Source: a virus. From it: a DNA stretch of 64,000 nucleotides. Position 1 is the first letter of the stretch. The number at the start of each line of letters is the position of its first letter. This document shows positions 33,511 through 44,439 of the stretch, one piece after another. The stretch lies in the IMG/VR virus record IMGVR_UViG_3300045919_000631, positions 1-64,000 of that record. One strand, given 5' to 3'. The notes beneath the pieces are model-generated. The model was not told where the DNA came from. It did no database searches and saw only the letters and a program-made list of their open reading frames with translations. The position numbers were made by a program, and so were the translations under genes.

Positions 33511-36500
33511 ATGAGTTTCGTCAAAATCTCTGAACTACCACAAAATTCTGTATTGTCCCAGGACGATTTACTCGCAATGGTGCATAGCACAGCTGGTACA
33601 CTTGTTACATATAAAGTAGGTTTATCAGATTTAGATTCTCGGTATGTTCAGCTCTTTGTACCCCTTTCTGGTGGTATAATGAATAGCAGTTTAAATGTTC
33701 TTGGCTCAATCAGTGCTCGCGATAATTTATTTGCAGCTGGTATGCTTGTTGGCAGCTTATCAACAACGACATTTAACGTTTTTAGTTTAACAGCAAGCAA
33801 TTTATCAGCCAATAATGTTTTTATTGGTGTGCTTTCTGGATCAAATGCAGGATTTATTAATTTATCAGCGTTTTCATTGAACGTTTTCTCTCTTTCAGCG
33901 ATCAATGAACGTGTTAATAGCTTAACAGCAAATTACATAAACACAACGAGCTTAACTGCTTATAATTTATCTGCGACAAATATTAGAGGAGCTAGTGGTG
34001 TATTTGATACAGCAACAATTACTTCAATATCAGCGGCTTCATTAGTTGTTGTAAATGCTACAGTTGGAACCCTCTCAGCAACGAACATTACTTCTAGTGG
34101 TGGCAATTTTTCAACAACAAACGCAAATGTTATTGACTTATCAGCATATCATTTATCAGCTAATCAAATTGTAAATTCTCAGATTTGGACTGATCCAGTA
34201 GCAAATACAGTCGGTATCAATACTAAAGCCCCAAATAATGCACTGACAGTTATTGGTACTATTAGCGCGGTCGGTGCTGTTACATATACAGCACCGCGAC
34301 CAAATCTAGTTTATGTAGCAACTTGGGGTGATGATACTAACGTTGGTACAAATCCTTCAGCCCCATTTAAGACAATTAAAAAGGCTTGTCAATTTGTATC
34401 ACAAAACCAGGGTATGACATATCCAGTCACTCAAACAGCTGGTCAGCCAGTGACTCAATATACAATTTTCGTAATGACAGGCACCTATACGGAACAGAAT
34501 CCGATTTATGTGCCGCAATCAACTTCAATCATCGGTGATGGTTTAAGACGTGTAACTATTATCCCAGCAAATCTTTATTACGATGTTCTTTGGGTTAATA
34601 ACGCCTGCTATGTTTGGGGCATTACTTTTAGAAGTCATTTAGAGCCATCAGCTGCAATAGCGTTTCCAAATCTTGACTCAACAAAGCCACAATTTCAAAT
34701 TGCGTTTAATACTTCTGGATATGCAATTTCAGCTGTGGGAACGAATGATTATTATCGCACATACAAACCACTAATCACAACAAGCCCATATCCACAAGGT
34801 TGCTCTTCAATTACGCAATCAGTTAGTGCTCCAAATCAGTTTACAGTTGCGCAAACAATTTCAGGGCGACCATCATTCTTTAATACAGCATCATCTCGCG
34901 TTGCAACTGAATTCACAACATTTATTAATGTTGTGCTCGGTGGTCAAACAGCAGTGCCTGCAACGTTCCCGACATACCCAGCAAATATTCCAGTTACAGC
35001 AGGAACAGCAATTACAATTTTAACAGCAAATAGATCAGCTATTCAAGCTTATTCATCTGCATATTGGACAGCAAATTACCCAGGTGTTCTTACAACACCA
35101 CAATTAACAGCATCGACAAGAGATATGGGTGCGTTTGTTGACACAATTGTTGCTGATCTAAAAACAGGATCAAATCACAGAGCTGTTGAATTTGGTGATA
35201 TCTTTTATGTTGGCACAATTAATCAAAGCGGTTCTGGTAATAATATTCCATTACCCGCTGGTGTAGTTGGTCCATGTAATGGAGTGTTTGGAGCTACATA
35301 CAATTACATTAATGCAGGATCCGGTTTAAATCTTTCTGCATATGCGGATTCAACAACATTTATTTTATCTGAGTTTAAAGCCCTCACAGGTATTTTAACA
35401 AATGGACAAAATTCAGTTGTTCTTTTCCCAACACTAACTCCAACAACTGATGAATTAGCTGCAGCAAATCTTCTCAGCGCAAATCGTTCATTCTTTCAAG
35501 CTGAGTTAACAGCATATGTTGATAATAACTTCCCTGGATTCAATTATACTAAGTCAACTGCTGCAACAATTTCAGCTGCAAAAGCACGTGCTTATCGTGA
35601 TGCAGGTTGGATTGTAGATGCTATTGCTTATGATTTACAAAAAGGTACAAATTCACGCGCTGTAACATATGCAAATTCATATTACTATCCAGGATATAGC
35701 CGTATTGCTGGTCAGGAAATTGCCACAGCAAAAACGCTCGGATATTTGAGTTATCTAGCTTCTTATGTTATCAATAATAGCGCTGCTCAAACAACGTATG
35801 GTGGATGCGGTCTTCGAATTGATGGAAGTCTTTGTCGCGGTCCTCTCAGAAGCTTTGTAACCGACTCCTTTACGCAAGTAAATGAAGGTGGATTGGGAAT
35901 GCATATACTCAATAACGGATATGCTCAACTTGTATCTACATTTACTGTTGGTTGCCGTATTGGATTGCTTGCAGAGTCTGGTGGTCAGATGACAGTCAAT
36001 ACTTCAAATTGTACATTTGGTCTTTCTGGACTTGTTGCAAACGGATATTCATCAACGCCAGTATTGTCAGGTATTTTAAGTGCAGACGCTGCTTATAATT
36101 CAATTTATATCACAGTGAGTGGTGTCTTACCGAGATATGATGCTCCAGATTATTTGACATATCCAATGCCTGTAACGGTTCCATATGTTGGTCTTGTTAT
36201 GACAGTGGATGGAGATACTTCAAACACGCTCTATATTGTGGCTTCGGCATCACTTGTTGATGCAGCAAGATATTCATACAATTTGACATTTAATCAAAAT
36301 GTTCAAGCACCTCTTAAATCATTAAGTGCTGTCAAGTTTTACGTTCGAAGTGAAATTGCAACAAATTCACACGCCTTTGAATATGTCGGGTCGGGTACGC
36401 AACTCAGTCAGTTATCTCAAGCAATTCCAGCACTTGGTGGTGTAGCAAACCCTGACAATGAAGCCATTGCTTTAAGCGGTGGTGCAGTGTTCTTCACAAG

Positions 36501-36633
36501 CACAAACACTCAAGGTAACTTCAAAGTTGGTAACAATTTTACAATTCTTCAAGACACTGGCACAATTCAAGGAACCACATTCCAGAGATCTATCTTGGCA
36601 CTGGTTACGCCTTTAACTTTAGCGCTTGAATAA
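33511..36633 (+). CDS. virion structural protein with pectin-lyase-like beta-helix
   Basis: VKISELP N-terminus, YVATWGDDTN..G..FKTIKKA, GDGLRRVTI, DSFTQ, NGYAQLVSTFT; TAAATA upstream. Confidence 0.8.
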   Translation: MSFVKISELPQNSVLSQDDLLAMVHSTAGTLVTYKVGLSDLDSRYVQLFVPLSGGIMNSSLNVLGSISARDNLFAAGMLVGSLSTTTFNVFSLTASNLSANNVFIGVLSGSNAGFINLSAFSLNVFSLSAINERVNSLTANYINTTSLTAYNLSATNIRGASGVFDTATITSISAASLVVVNATVGTLSATNITSSGGNFSTTNANVIDLSAYHLSANQIVNSQIWTDPVANTVGINTKAPNNALTVIGTISAVGAVTYTAPRPNLVYVATWGDDTNVGTNPSAPFKTIKKACQFVSQNQGMTYPVTQTAGQPVTQYTIFVMTGTYTEQNPIYVPQSTSIIGDGLRRVTIIPANLYYDVLWVNNACYVWGITFRSHLEPSAAIAFPNLDSTKPQFQIAFNTSGYAISAVGTNDYYRTYKPLITTSPYPQGCSSITQSVSAPNQFTVAQTISGRPSFFNTASSRVATEFTTFINVVLGGQTAVPATFPTYPANIPVTAGTAITILTANRSAIQAYSSAYWTANYPGVLTTPQLTASTRDMGAFVDTIVADLKTGSNHRAVEFGDIFYVGTINQSGSGNNIPLPAGVVGPCNGVFGATYNYINAGSGLNLSAYADSTTFILSEFKALTGILTNGQNSVVLFPTLTPTTDELAAANLLSANRSFFQAELTAYVDNNFPGFNYTKSTAATISAAKARAYRDAGWIVDAIAYDLQKGTNSRAVTYANSYYYPGYSRIAGQEIATAKTLGYLSYLASYVINNSAAQTTYGGCGLRIDGSLCRGPLRSFVTDSFTQVNEGGLGMHILNNGYAQLVSTFTVGCRIGLLAESGGQMTVNTSNCTFGLSGLVANGYSSTPVLSGILSADAAYNSIYITVSGVLPRYDAPDYLTYPMPVTVPYVGLVMTVDGDTSNTLYIVASASLVDAARYSYNLTFNQNVQAPLKSLSAVKFYVRSEIATNSHAFEYVGSGTQLSQLSQAIPALGGVANPDNEAIALSGGAVFFTSTNTQGNFKVGNNFTILQDTGTIQGTTFQRSILALVTPLTLALE

Positions 36634-36641
36634 ATAATTTT

Positions 36642-37004
36642 ATGGCAACAACAGTAGCATTAAATCACTTCGTTAGAGCATCAGTTTTATTAACAACGAC
36701 ACTGACGCAAGTGTATTCCGCACCTGCAAATCAAGCATCGATTGTTTTAACAGCGCTAGCTACTAACACGACATCAAGCCCGCAGACAATTACCTTAGGT
36801 GTCTCCGGTAATGGTGGAACAAATCAAGCAACCCTTCCTTACTTTGATATTGTAAAGAATTTTCAAATTCCAGCAAATGACACAGCGAATTTAGCAATTG
36901 GTAAAATTGTATTGAATAACTACGATGCTCTTTATGCAAGTGCTCAAACTTTATCAGCTATCAATGTAACTCTTTCAGTGCTTGAGACTTTAAATACACA
37001 ATAA
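36642..37004 (+). CDS. small virion structural protein
   Basis: beta-rich, VYSAP...LSVLE, typical partner of the preceding family. Confidence 0.7.
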   Translation: MATTVALNHFVRASVLLTTTLTQVYSAPANQASIVLTALATNTTSSPQTITLGVSGNGGTNQATLPYFDIVKNFQIPANDTANLAIGKIVLNNYDALYASAQTLSAINVTLSVLETLNTQ

Positions 37005-37005
37005 T

Positions 37006-38418
37006 ATGTCAAACTCGTTTCCGCAAACAATTGGTGGTAAACTATTGGTCAACTCTCCGCTTAGTGCATCGAGTGATCGCTATACCTTTTTAAGTTTACC
37101 AAACGCTGAGCCAAATCTTGGCGCTCCACGTGGTTTGTCTGGAACGTGCTATTTTAATGTCACTGAACCAGTTTCAGGCACAAGAGTTTGGTCTTCAAGC
37201 GCGAGCATAACTCAATTCGGAAATAATATTGGTATTGGTTTGGATTTGCCAAGAGAAAAATTAACAGTTGTTGGCAATATTTCAGCAACAGGCACAATTT
37301 ACGGAACATTAAACGGTGCAAACTCTGCAGCAGCAGGCAATGATACATACGTTCAATATAATAGCGGTGGACGTTTTGGTGCAGATTCTGCATTTACATG
37401 GAATAGAACATATTCAGGCCTGATTATTGGTGGGTTTACTAATCAGTTATCTGCAAACAACGGTCAAATAATTGGCGCTGGTGGTAATTACGTTCAAGCA
37501 GCTCACACAAATTCAATTATTCTCGGAACCAACATCACAACAAATGCTGCTAATTATACATTTGTTAATAATCTTAGCACTCCAGGGAGCATCGTTGGTA
37601 ACAATATTTTTGCTACAAATGCTATTGGTGTTGGAACACTTACACCGAATCAACAGCTAACAGTTGTTGGTAATATTTCAGCAACAGGTAATTTATATGG
37701 AACTCTTCAATTGCCTCAAACTGCATTGCTTGCAGCTGGTTTTGATACATATGTTCAGTATAATAGCAGTGGCAATTTAGCTGGTAATTCAACATTTACA
37801 TACAATTATAATTTAACTGGGTTAAAAGTTGGTATTACTCACATACTCACAGGCACAAGATCGTCAATCTTGGGTGGTCAAAGCAACTGCGTGTCAAGTA
37901 ATTTTGGAATTGTTGGTGGTGGTAATAACAACAATGTATCTTCTGACTACGCTTCTATTCTCGGCGGACGTTGTAATTCATCGCAAGGCACTCATGCAGT
38001 TGTTGGTGGTGGTAATTGCAATAGCGTTATTGCATCTGGTTATGCAAGTAGCATTGTCGGTGGTGAGTTAAATACAGTCACGAGCGATTATGGCGCTGTT
38101 TTAGGCGGTAGAAGTAACACCTTATCACATAATGATGCTTTTATTCTCGGTTCAAACTTGGCATCAAATGCAGTTTGCACAACATTTGTTAACAATCTTA
38201 GTACTCCAGGAACATTATACGGCAATTTAATGCAAGCATCGTCAGCGACAGTTACTGGTAATCTTAGCGCCAAAGGCAATATTCAAGGTAATATTGTTGC
38301 TAACACCTTAACATTAAATTCTGCATCATTCTTTCCGACATTAACAGCAACCAACTCTTATATAACAATAACTGTTGGAACATCATCACTAGCTCTGCCG
38401 CTTTACAGATATACTTGA
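37006..38418 (+). CDS. tail fibre-like protein
   Basis: LTVVGNISA and GGxxN repeats. Confidence 0.75.
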   Translation: MSNSFPQTIGGKLLVNSPLSASSDRYTFLSLPNAEPNLGAPRGLSGTCYFNVTEPVSGTRVWSSSASITQFGNNIGIGLDLPREKLTVVGNISATGTIYGTLNGANSAAAGNDTYVQYNSGGRFGADSAFTWNRTYSGLIIGGFTNQLSANNGQIIGAGGNYVQAAHTNSIILGTNITTNAANYTFVNNLSTPGSIVGNNIFATNAIGVGTLTPNQQLTVVGNISATGNLYGTLQLPQTALLAAGFDTYVQYNSSGNLAGNSTFTYNYNLTGLKVGITHILTGTRSSILGGQSNCVSSNFGIVGGGNNNNVSSDYASILGGRCNSSQGTHAVVGGGNCNSVIASGYASSIVGGELNTVTSDYGAVLGGRSNTLSHNDAFILGSNLASNAVCTTFVNNLSTPGTLYGNLMQASSATVTGNLSAKGNIQGNIVANTLTLNSASFFPTLTATNSYITITVGTSSLALPLYRYT

Positions 38419-38462
38419 TGACTATTTGGGCTTCACATAGTCTATAAATTAAATAATTAGAC

Positions 38463-41400
38463 ATGAGCCAGAACGTTAATTACCGCGACACTAATTTTAC
38501 TAGTTTAGTGAGTTTGGGTATCGGAACTGATAATCCTAACCATGCGCTAACTGTTGTCGGCAATATCTCTTCAACTGGTAATATCTATGGTAACTTTGTT
38601 GCTGCGTCCGGTGCAGGAAGCGCTGGCGGAGTTAATTCTCAAGTTCAGTTCAATAATTCAGGCTTACTTGCAGGCGATAGCGGCTTAACCTACACAAATT
38701 CAACAAGCACTCTAACAGTTTCTAATGAGTATGTTAAAACAGCACTTGCAATTGGTATATTAAGCGGAGCTAGTGCATTAACAGTTGTTGGTAATATCTC
38801 AGCCTCTGGCATCATTTACGGTAATATTCCATTACTAAGTGCTCTTGCATCTGCTTTTGGACCAAATACGCAAGTTCAATATGCTAGTGCAGGATTGCTT
38901 GCGAGCGTTCCAACATTTACGTACAACCCCGTAAATAGCAGCGTAAATGTTCCAAACGTTTATACAAGCAATATTATTTTAAGCTCTTTAGCTGTTGGAG
39001 CTTTAAGTGGCTCAGAAGTTGCTACTATTGTTGGTAATTTGTCAGTGACTGGTACAATCTACGGCAACTTAAGCACAAATCAATTTTTGTTATCTGCAGC
39101 AGGTCCAACAAATTCAGTTCAGTTCAATTTAAACGGTAAACTCTCTGCAGACGCTGGCTTGACCTATACGCAGGCAACGAGCACATTATTTGCTCGCAAT
39201 ACTAACATAACACTCTTAACTGCAACATCGAGTGTTTTCACAAGCAAAGTTGGTATTAATACTATTACACCAAATGAAATGCTCACCGTTGTTGGTAATA
39301 TCTCAGCAACAGGAAGCATTTACGGCTCAGTAACAATTCCACCAGTCACTGCAACAGGTGTTGCTGCAGGTATAAACACACAAGTTCAATATAATCGCAG
39401 TGGTATTTTAAGTGCAAATGCTGGGTTTGCTTATTTTGATAATTTAAGCAGTGTTGTAGTCGGTTCAGGCAATTCATTAAGTGGCCTCAGCGCATTTAAC
39501 AGCGCGATTCTTGGCGCGAATAACATAGTATCGCATCCAAATGTTTTCACTCTTGGTTCTAATTTAACATCATTTGCGGCAAATTATACTTTAGTAAATA
39601 ACTTAAGCACAAATGGTCAAGTTGCAGCAAATACAGTTGTTGCAAATACTTTATCAGCAGCTGGGTCTATTTTTGGAACATTTCCTCAATTATCTGCAGC
39701 CGGTGCAGCAGCAGGCGCTGCAACTTGGGTTCAATATAATACAGGCGGTGCACTCGGGGCTGATGCAGGTTTTATTTATCTTCGCACTATAAGCGGCGTT
39801 CAAATAGGTGCAAATAATGTGGTGAGTGGCCTTTATAGTGGTGCTCTTGGTCAAAACAATACAGTATCGCATAATAATGCTTTTGCTTTTGGCACTAATT
39901 TAGTATCTAACACAGCTAATTTCACTTACGTCAATAATCTTAGTACCCCTGGTCAAGTACGTGCAAGTTGTGTAACTGTTGTGGGTGATATTTCTGCAAC
40001 AGGTACTGTATATGGCACTGTAGTATTGCCAGCACTAACATCAACAGCTTTTGCAGCTGGTTCAGCTACAAATATTCAGTTTGCAAAGAATAGTCTTCTC
40101 GCAGGTGATAACGCATTTGTTTATTTGCAGAGTCTCACAGCTTTACAAGTTGGTTCAAATCAAGCAATTAGTGGTCCATTTAGCAGTCTTGTTGGTGGAT
40201 TGAGTAATACGATTACGGCTAGTGCATCATTTATTGCTGGTGGCGTCAACAATAGAGTTGATGGCATTAATTCAGTTATCAATGGCGGTACATATAATCG
40301 TTCTTGGAGTGCAAATTCATTTATTGGAGCCGGTACGAATAATACAGTTGTAAATGATTTAGCAGTTGCTCTCGGTGGCAATAATAATATCGTGAGCGGT
40401 AGTGGATCTGCTAACGTAGGTGGTATTGTAAATGTTGTAAATGGATGTTACTCGGCAAATATTGGTGGTGCTCTCAATAATGTTCAAGGTACGTGCGCAG
40501 CTTCAGTTGGTGGTGCCTTTAATCAACCGGCAGGAACGTTTTCAGGCACTGTCGGTGGATGCAATAATATTGCTTGCTGTGCTGGTAGCTCAGTTGTTGG
40601 TGGCTTTTCAAATCTAGCATGTGGAAATTGTTCAACAATTGCTGGAGGCGTTTGCAATACGACAAAAGGTCCATATGCAGCTATAATTGGAGGTTGTTGC
40701 TTAACAGAAACGGGCATTGCATCAGTTCTTGTTGGTGGCCTCACTAATACAATTACTGGATCTGGTTCAGTTATTGCAGGTGGTTTAAACAATACTGCAA
40801 CAGCTAATTATTCTTTAATTGGTGCTGGTTATAATAATGCAATCAACAATACAGTTTCTGGTAGCGTTATTCTCGGTGGTTCAAATAATACTATTACCCA
40901 CAATGATGCAATTGTTCTCGGCACCGGTCTCTCGTCAGTTTCAGCAAATTACGTTGTTGTAAGTAACTTAAGTGCTAAATTTAACATTTATGCAAGCAAT
41001 TTACCGACAGCACCTACTGGCGAATCACAGGCTATATATGTTAGTGCAGGCAATTTTGCAACCAATCAAGGATTTCAATATCTTCCGCAGTTAAGTGCTC
41101 TCGTCGTTGGTAAAGGCAATTCCACAGTTGGGTTGTATGGTACAGTTGCTGGTGGTTATTGCAATATTTTAAGCGGTGATTGCAGCTTTATTGGTGGTGG
41201 TAATAATAATACCACTGGATACGGTACTAATATAGTAATTGCTGGTGGTGGATTTAATACATCATTCGCTTCTTATGCAGCAATGGGTGGTGGTTTTTGT
41301 AATATTAATAATACCACCTATGGGTTTGTTGGTGGTGGCCGCTGCAATAATAATACAGCTGATGCAGGTGTTTTAGTCGGTGGTTGTAGTAATATTAATA

Positions 41401-43262
41401 ACGGGTACTGCGGTGCTTTTATTGGTGCTGGATTTGGAAACTTTGTGTGCCAGCTTGGATCAGTAATTGTTGGTGGTGTTAGTAATACAGCTTGCGGTGC
41501 TTATTCTATTATAGCTGGTGGTAGAGTTAATAATATAGCAGCAAACACTGATGCAGCAGCTATATTAGGTGGGTGCGGTAATTATACATGCGGTTTTTGT
41601 TCATTTATCGGTGGTGGTTGTTTTAACTGTGTGCGAGACCATTTTAATGCGATAGTTGGTGGTGCAGGAAATCAAATTCAGCAAGGTCAAGCTTGGTCAA
41701 CTATTGCTGGAGGTCTTAGCAATTGCATAACAGGGTACTACACTAATCCAGCCAATCATTCATTTATTGGTGGTGGTTGTTTTAACACTGTGTATTGCGT
41801 TGACGGTGGTTTTATTGGTGGTGGTTATAGCAATTTAATACAAAGCACGTATGGATTTACCAACGGTCTTGGTAAAAACACAGCATCATCAATCGTTGGT
41901 GGCACAAATAATTGCATATTAAGCTCATACAACTTTATCGGTGGTGGTACAAATAACTTTATAAAAGCTTGCTACAGTTCAATTAATGGCGGTGCTAATA
42001 ACTCACTAAGCGGCTGTAACAGCTTTATTGGCGGTGGCTTTAGTAATTCTGCATCGGGTAATTGCGCCAGCATCGTCGGTGGTTATTGCAATATTTTAAG
42101 CAGTGATTGTAGTTTTATTGGTGGTGGCAATAATAATACCACTGGATACGGTACCAATATAGTAATTGCTGGCGGTAGTAATAATACTGCTAGTGGATTT
42201 TACACCACTATAGTTGGTGGGTGTGTAAATTGTATTTGCACCGGAGCTATTTATAGCTTTATTGGTGGTGGTCGTAATAACACAGCTGCTGTTGATACTT
42301 CAATAGTTGTCGGTGGATGCTATAATACCGCTTACGGTGGTTGTGGTGCTTTTGTTGGTGGTGGTTATCTAAATTTTACTAACGCAATAGCTGGAGCAGT
42401 CGTTGGTGGTTATCAAAATTGCTCAACTAGCGGTAACTACACTACTATAGGTGGTGGTCGCCAAAATACAGTTTGTGCTGAAGTTGCAGTAATTGCTGGT
42501 GGTTGCCAAAATTTCTCATGTGGACAGTATTCAGGTATTTTAGGTGGACAATTAAATCAAGTAAGAGATCATTGGTCATCAGTTGTTGGTGGGTGTGTAA
42601 ATTGCATACAACAAGGTAATTGTTATTCAACCATCGTTGGTGGTTTAAGCAATTGCATAACTGGTAATTATAACACTCCAGCAAACTTTGGATTTATTGG
42701 TGGTGGGGTTTGCAACCAACTGTATTGCGCAGATTCTGGCGCAATTGTCGCTGGACAATACAATTGCATTGTCCATCAAAATAACGGAGCAATTAACTTG
42801 GGTAAAAATATTGCTTCAGCAATTGTTGGTGGCACAAATAATTGCATATTAAGCTCATACAACTTTATCGGTGGTGGTACAAATAACTTTATAAAAGCTT
42901 GCTACAGTTCAATTAATGGCGGTGCTAATAACTCACTAAGCGGCTGTAACAGCTTTATTGGCGGTGGCTTTAGTAATTCTGCATCGGGTAATTATGCTAC
43001 TATCGTTGGTGGATATTGCAATTTAGTGACAACTGATTGCTCAGGCATTCTCGGTGGTATGTTCAATAAAGTTAGCCACGCTTGCTCGTTTACAGTTGGT
43101 GTCAATCTTTCAACAAACGCGACAAACACAACCTATATGAATAATTTGAGCGTTCAAACGTTATTGAATGCTGGCGGGCTTCCAAGCACCTCAGCTGGAC
43201 AGCCAAAAGGAACAATTTATTATTGCTCCACTGACTCAAATAGGCTATATTACGTGCCTTGA
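38463..43262 (+). CDS. large Gly/Cys/Asn-rich fibre/adhesin
   Basis: 1599 aa, dozens of ~15-aa IGGGxxN repeats, VQ(F/Y)N and VVGNISA modules. Confidence 0.8.
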   Translation: MSQNVNYRDTNFTSLVSLGIGTDNPNHALTVVGNISSTGNIYGNFVAASGAGSAGGVNSQVQFNNSGLLAGDSGLTYTNSTSTLTVSNEYVKTALAIGILSGASALTVVGNISASGIIYGNIPLLSALASAFGPNTQVQYASAGLLASVPTFTYNPVNSSVNVPNVYTSNIILSSLAVGALSGSEVATIVGNLSVTGTIYGNLSTNQFLLSAAGPTNSVQFNLNGKLSADAGLTYTQATSTLFARNTNITLLTATSSVFTSKVGINTITPNEMLTVVGNISATGSIYGSVTIPPVTATGVAAGINTQVQYNRSGILSANAGFAYFDNLSSVVVGSGNSLSGLSAFNSAILGANNIVSHPNVFTLGSNLTSFAANYTLVNNLSTNGQVAANTVVANTLSAAGSIFGTFPQLSAAGAAAGAATWVQYNTGGALGADAGFIYLRTISGVQIGANNVVSGLYSGALGQNNTVSHNNAFAFGTNLVSNTANFTYVNNLSTPGQVRASCVTVVGDISATGTVYGTVVLPALTSTAFAAGSATNIQFAKNSLLAGDNAFVYLQSLTALQVGSNQAISGPFSSLVGGLSNTITASASFIAGGVNNRVDGINSVINGGTYNRSWSANSFIGAGTNNTVVNDLAVALGGNNNIVSGSGSANVGGIVNVVNGCYSANIGGALNNVQGTCAASVGGAFNQPAGTFSGTVGGCNNIACCAGSSVVGGFSNLACGNCSTIAGGVCNTTKGPYAAIIGGCCLTETGIASVLVGGLTNTITGSGSVIAGGLNNTATANYSLIGAGYNNAINNTVSGSVILGGSNNTITHNDAIVLGTGLSSVSANYVVVSNLSAKFNIYASNLPTAPTGESQAIYVSAGNFATNQGFQYLPQLSALVVGKGNSTVGLYGTVAGGYCNILSGDCSFIGGGNNNTTGYGTNIVIAGGGFNTSFASYAAMGGGFCNINNTTYGFVGGGRCNNNTADAGVLVGGCSNINNGYCGAFIGAGFGNFVCQLGSVIVGGVSNTACGAYSIIAGGRVNNIAANTDAAAILGGCGNYTCGFCSFIGGGCFNCVRDHFNAIVGGAGNQIQQGQAWSTIAGGLSNCITGYYTNPANHSFIGGGCFNTVYCVDGGFIGGGYSNLIQSTYGFTNGLGKNTASSIVGGTNNCILSSYNFIGGGTNNFIKACYSSINGGANNSLSGCNSFIGGGFSNSASGNCASIVGGYCNILSSDCSFIGGGNNNTTGYGTNIVIAGGSNNTASGFYTTIVGGCVNCICTGAIYSFIGGGRNNTAAVDTSIVVGGCYNTAYGGCGAFVGGGYLNFTNAIAGAVVGGYQNCSTSGNYTTIGGGRQNTVCAEVAVIAGGCQNFSCGQYSGILGGQLNQVRDHWSSVVGGCVNCIQQGNCYSTIVGGLSNCITGNYNTPANFGFIGGGVCNQLYCADSGAIVAGQYNCIVHQNNGAINLGKNIASAIVGGTNNCILSSYNFIGGGTNNFIKACYSSINGGANNSLSGCNSFIGGGFSNSASGNYATIVGGYCNLVTTDCSGILGGMFNKVSHACSFTVGVNLSTNATNTTYMNNLSVQTLLNAGGLPSTSAGQPKGTIYYCSTDSNRLYYVP
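41151..42993. repeat. ~930-bp intragenic tandem duplication
   Basis: 41895-42063 identical to 42825-42993; 41151-41245 near-identical to 42078-42172. Confidence 0.85.
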
Positions 43263-44158
43263 TTTTTGACTGATGCAATTATTGCATTAACATCAAACAA
43301 TTCATTTGTGCTATATGGATACTCGTGATCTTGACCATCAAAATTATAGTCAAAGATAAAGCTATCAATTAAATGCTCCATATCGCGTTTTGCAGTTGGA
43401 TAGATATTATCGTGAATATTATATCCAAATGTTGTATGCGATGTACCGACCCAAGCAACTGTTGACGGCAATCCTAGCGTAGCGGCAGCATGTTGCATGC
43501 TACTATCAATCAATAAACGCTTTTTTGACATTAAAAGCATAGCCATGAACTCACGCTTACCAATTTCAGGCAGTGCCTCAGTCCCATTTAATTTAAAGCC
43601 GGTTGGTCTTGATACTTGAATAATATGATGCGTATCTTTAAAAGCGTCAACCACTTGTTGGGCCTGATAAATTGGAAAATCTCTGGTCCAGCTATACGGT
43701 TTTTGTGAAGCCCAGGCACCTCCACAAGTTTGAAATATCATTATTGGCTTAGGATTGGCGTATTTTTGTTGAACATTTTCAAGCTCTCGAGCATTAAAAT
43801 ATAGACGCGGAGTCTCATTGTTATATTTCAATTTAAACAATTCACACCAGCTGATAATAACGTGCTGCTTCTTTTGAATATGAGCGGCTGTAAAGTATGG
43901 CTCGTTTTTAAAGATTAATGTGTCTTTATCTTGAATATAATCTCTATAAAAATAAGGATGAGCTCCAGAGCGGTATACTCTTGCGACATTTGGGTTATTT
44001 AAATAAACTTCAGGCCAAGGTGTAACAACAATTAAATCACGTTCAGGATGATTTGCTTTAATTGCAGCCGCTACAGCTGTCGATGCAATGATTTTTCCAA
44101 GACCACCTTCAGGAATAAAAACGGAATAGCTTTTTGGCTCACTTAATACTAATGTCAT
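43250..44158 (-). CDS. glycosyltransferase (GT9/heptosyltransferase-like)
   Basis: GGLGKII, PEVYLNNP, IDSSMQHAAA...FGY. Confidence 0.75.
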   Translation of the reverse strand: MTLVLSEPKSYSVFIPEGGLGKIIASTAVAAAIKANHPERDLIVVTPWPEVYLNNPNVARVYRSGAHPYFYRDYIQDKDTLIFKNEPYFTAAHIQKKQHVIISWCELFKLKYNNETPRLYFNARELENVQQKYANPKPIMIFQTCGGAWASQKPYSWTRDFPIYQAQQVVDAFKDTHHIIQVSRPTGFKLNGTEALPEIGKREFMAMLLMSKKRLLIDSSMQHAAATLGLPSTVAWVGTSHTTFGYNIHDNIYPTAKRDMEHLIDSFIFDYNFDGQDHEYPYSTNELFDVNAIIASVKNQGT

Positions 44159-44187
44159 GAAGCTACTTACATAACACTAACAATCTA

Positions 44188-44439
44188 TCAAGACTTATTG
44201 GCAATTAAATCATCAAAAGTACTGACTAGGGTGGTGTGGAGGCTTGGATATGCTAAGTTCTTATCAAAGATTTTACAGAAACTATCAGTTTGTTTTAGTT
44301 CTTCAACGCGGGCTAATATACTTTGACACTCAATTAGGGCCCATTTATTGTAGCTATAATGTTGTTGAACAGTATTTACTAGAGTTTGCCAATCCATTTG
44401 ATTATTTATAAATATACTTGTGATATCTGTACCTTTCAC
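44188..44439 (-). CDS. hypothetical protein
   Basis: 83-aa ORF; start probably MDWQ. Confidence 0.45.
   Translation of the reverse strand: MKGTDITSIFINNQMDWQTLVNTVQQHYSYNKWALIECQSILARVEELKQTDSFCKIFDKNLAYPSLHTTLVSTFDDLIANKS

Noticed and set aside
41151-42993. Diversity-generating retroelement TR/VR pair
   Set aside because: Both copies are in frame in one gene, differences are not adenine-specific, and no reverse transcriptase is in the window.
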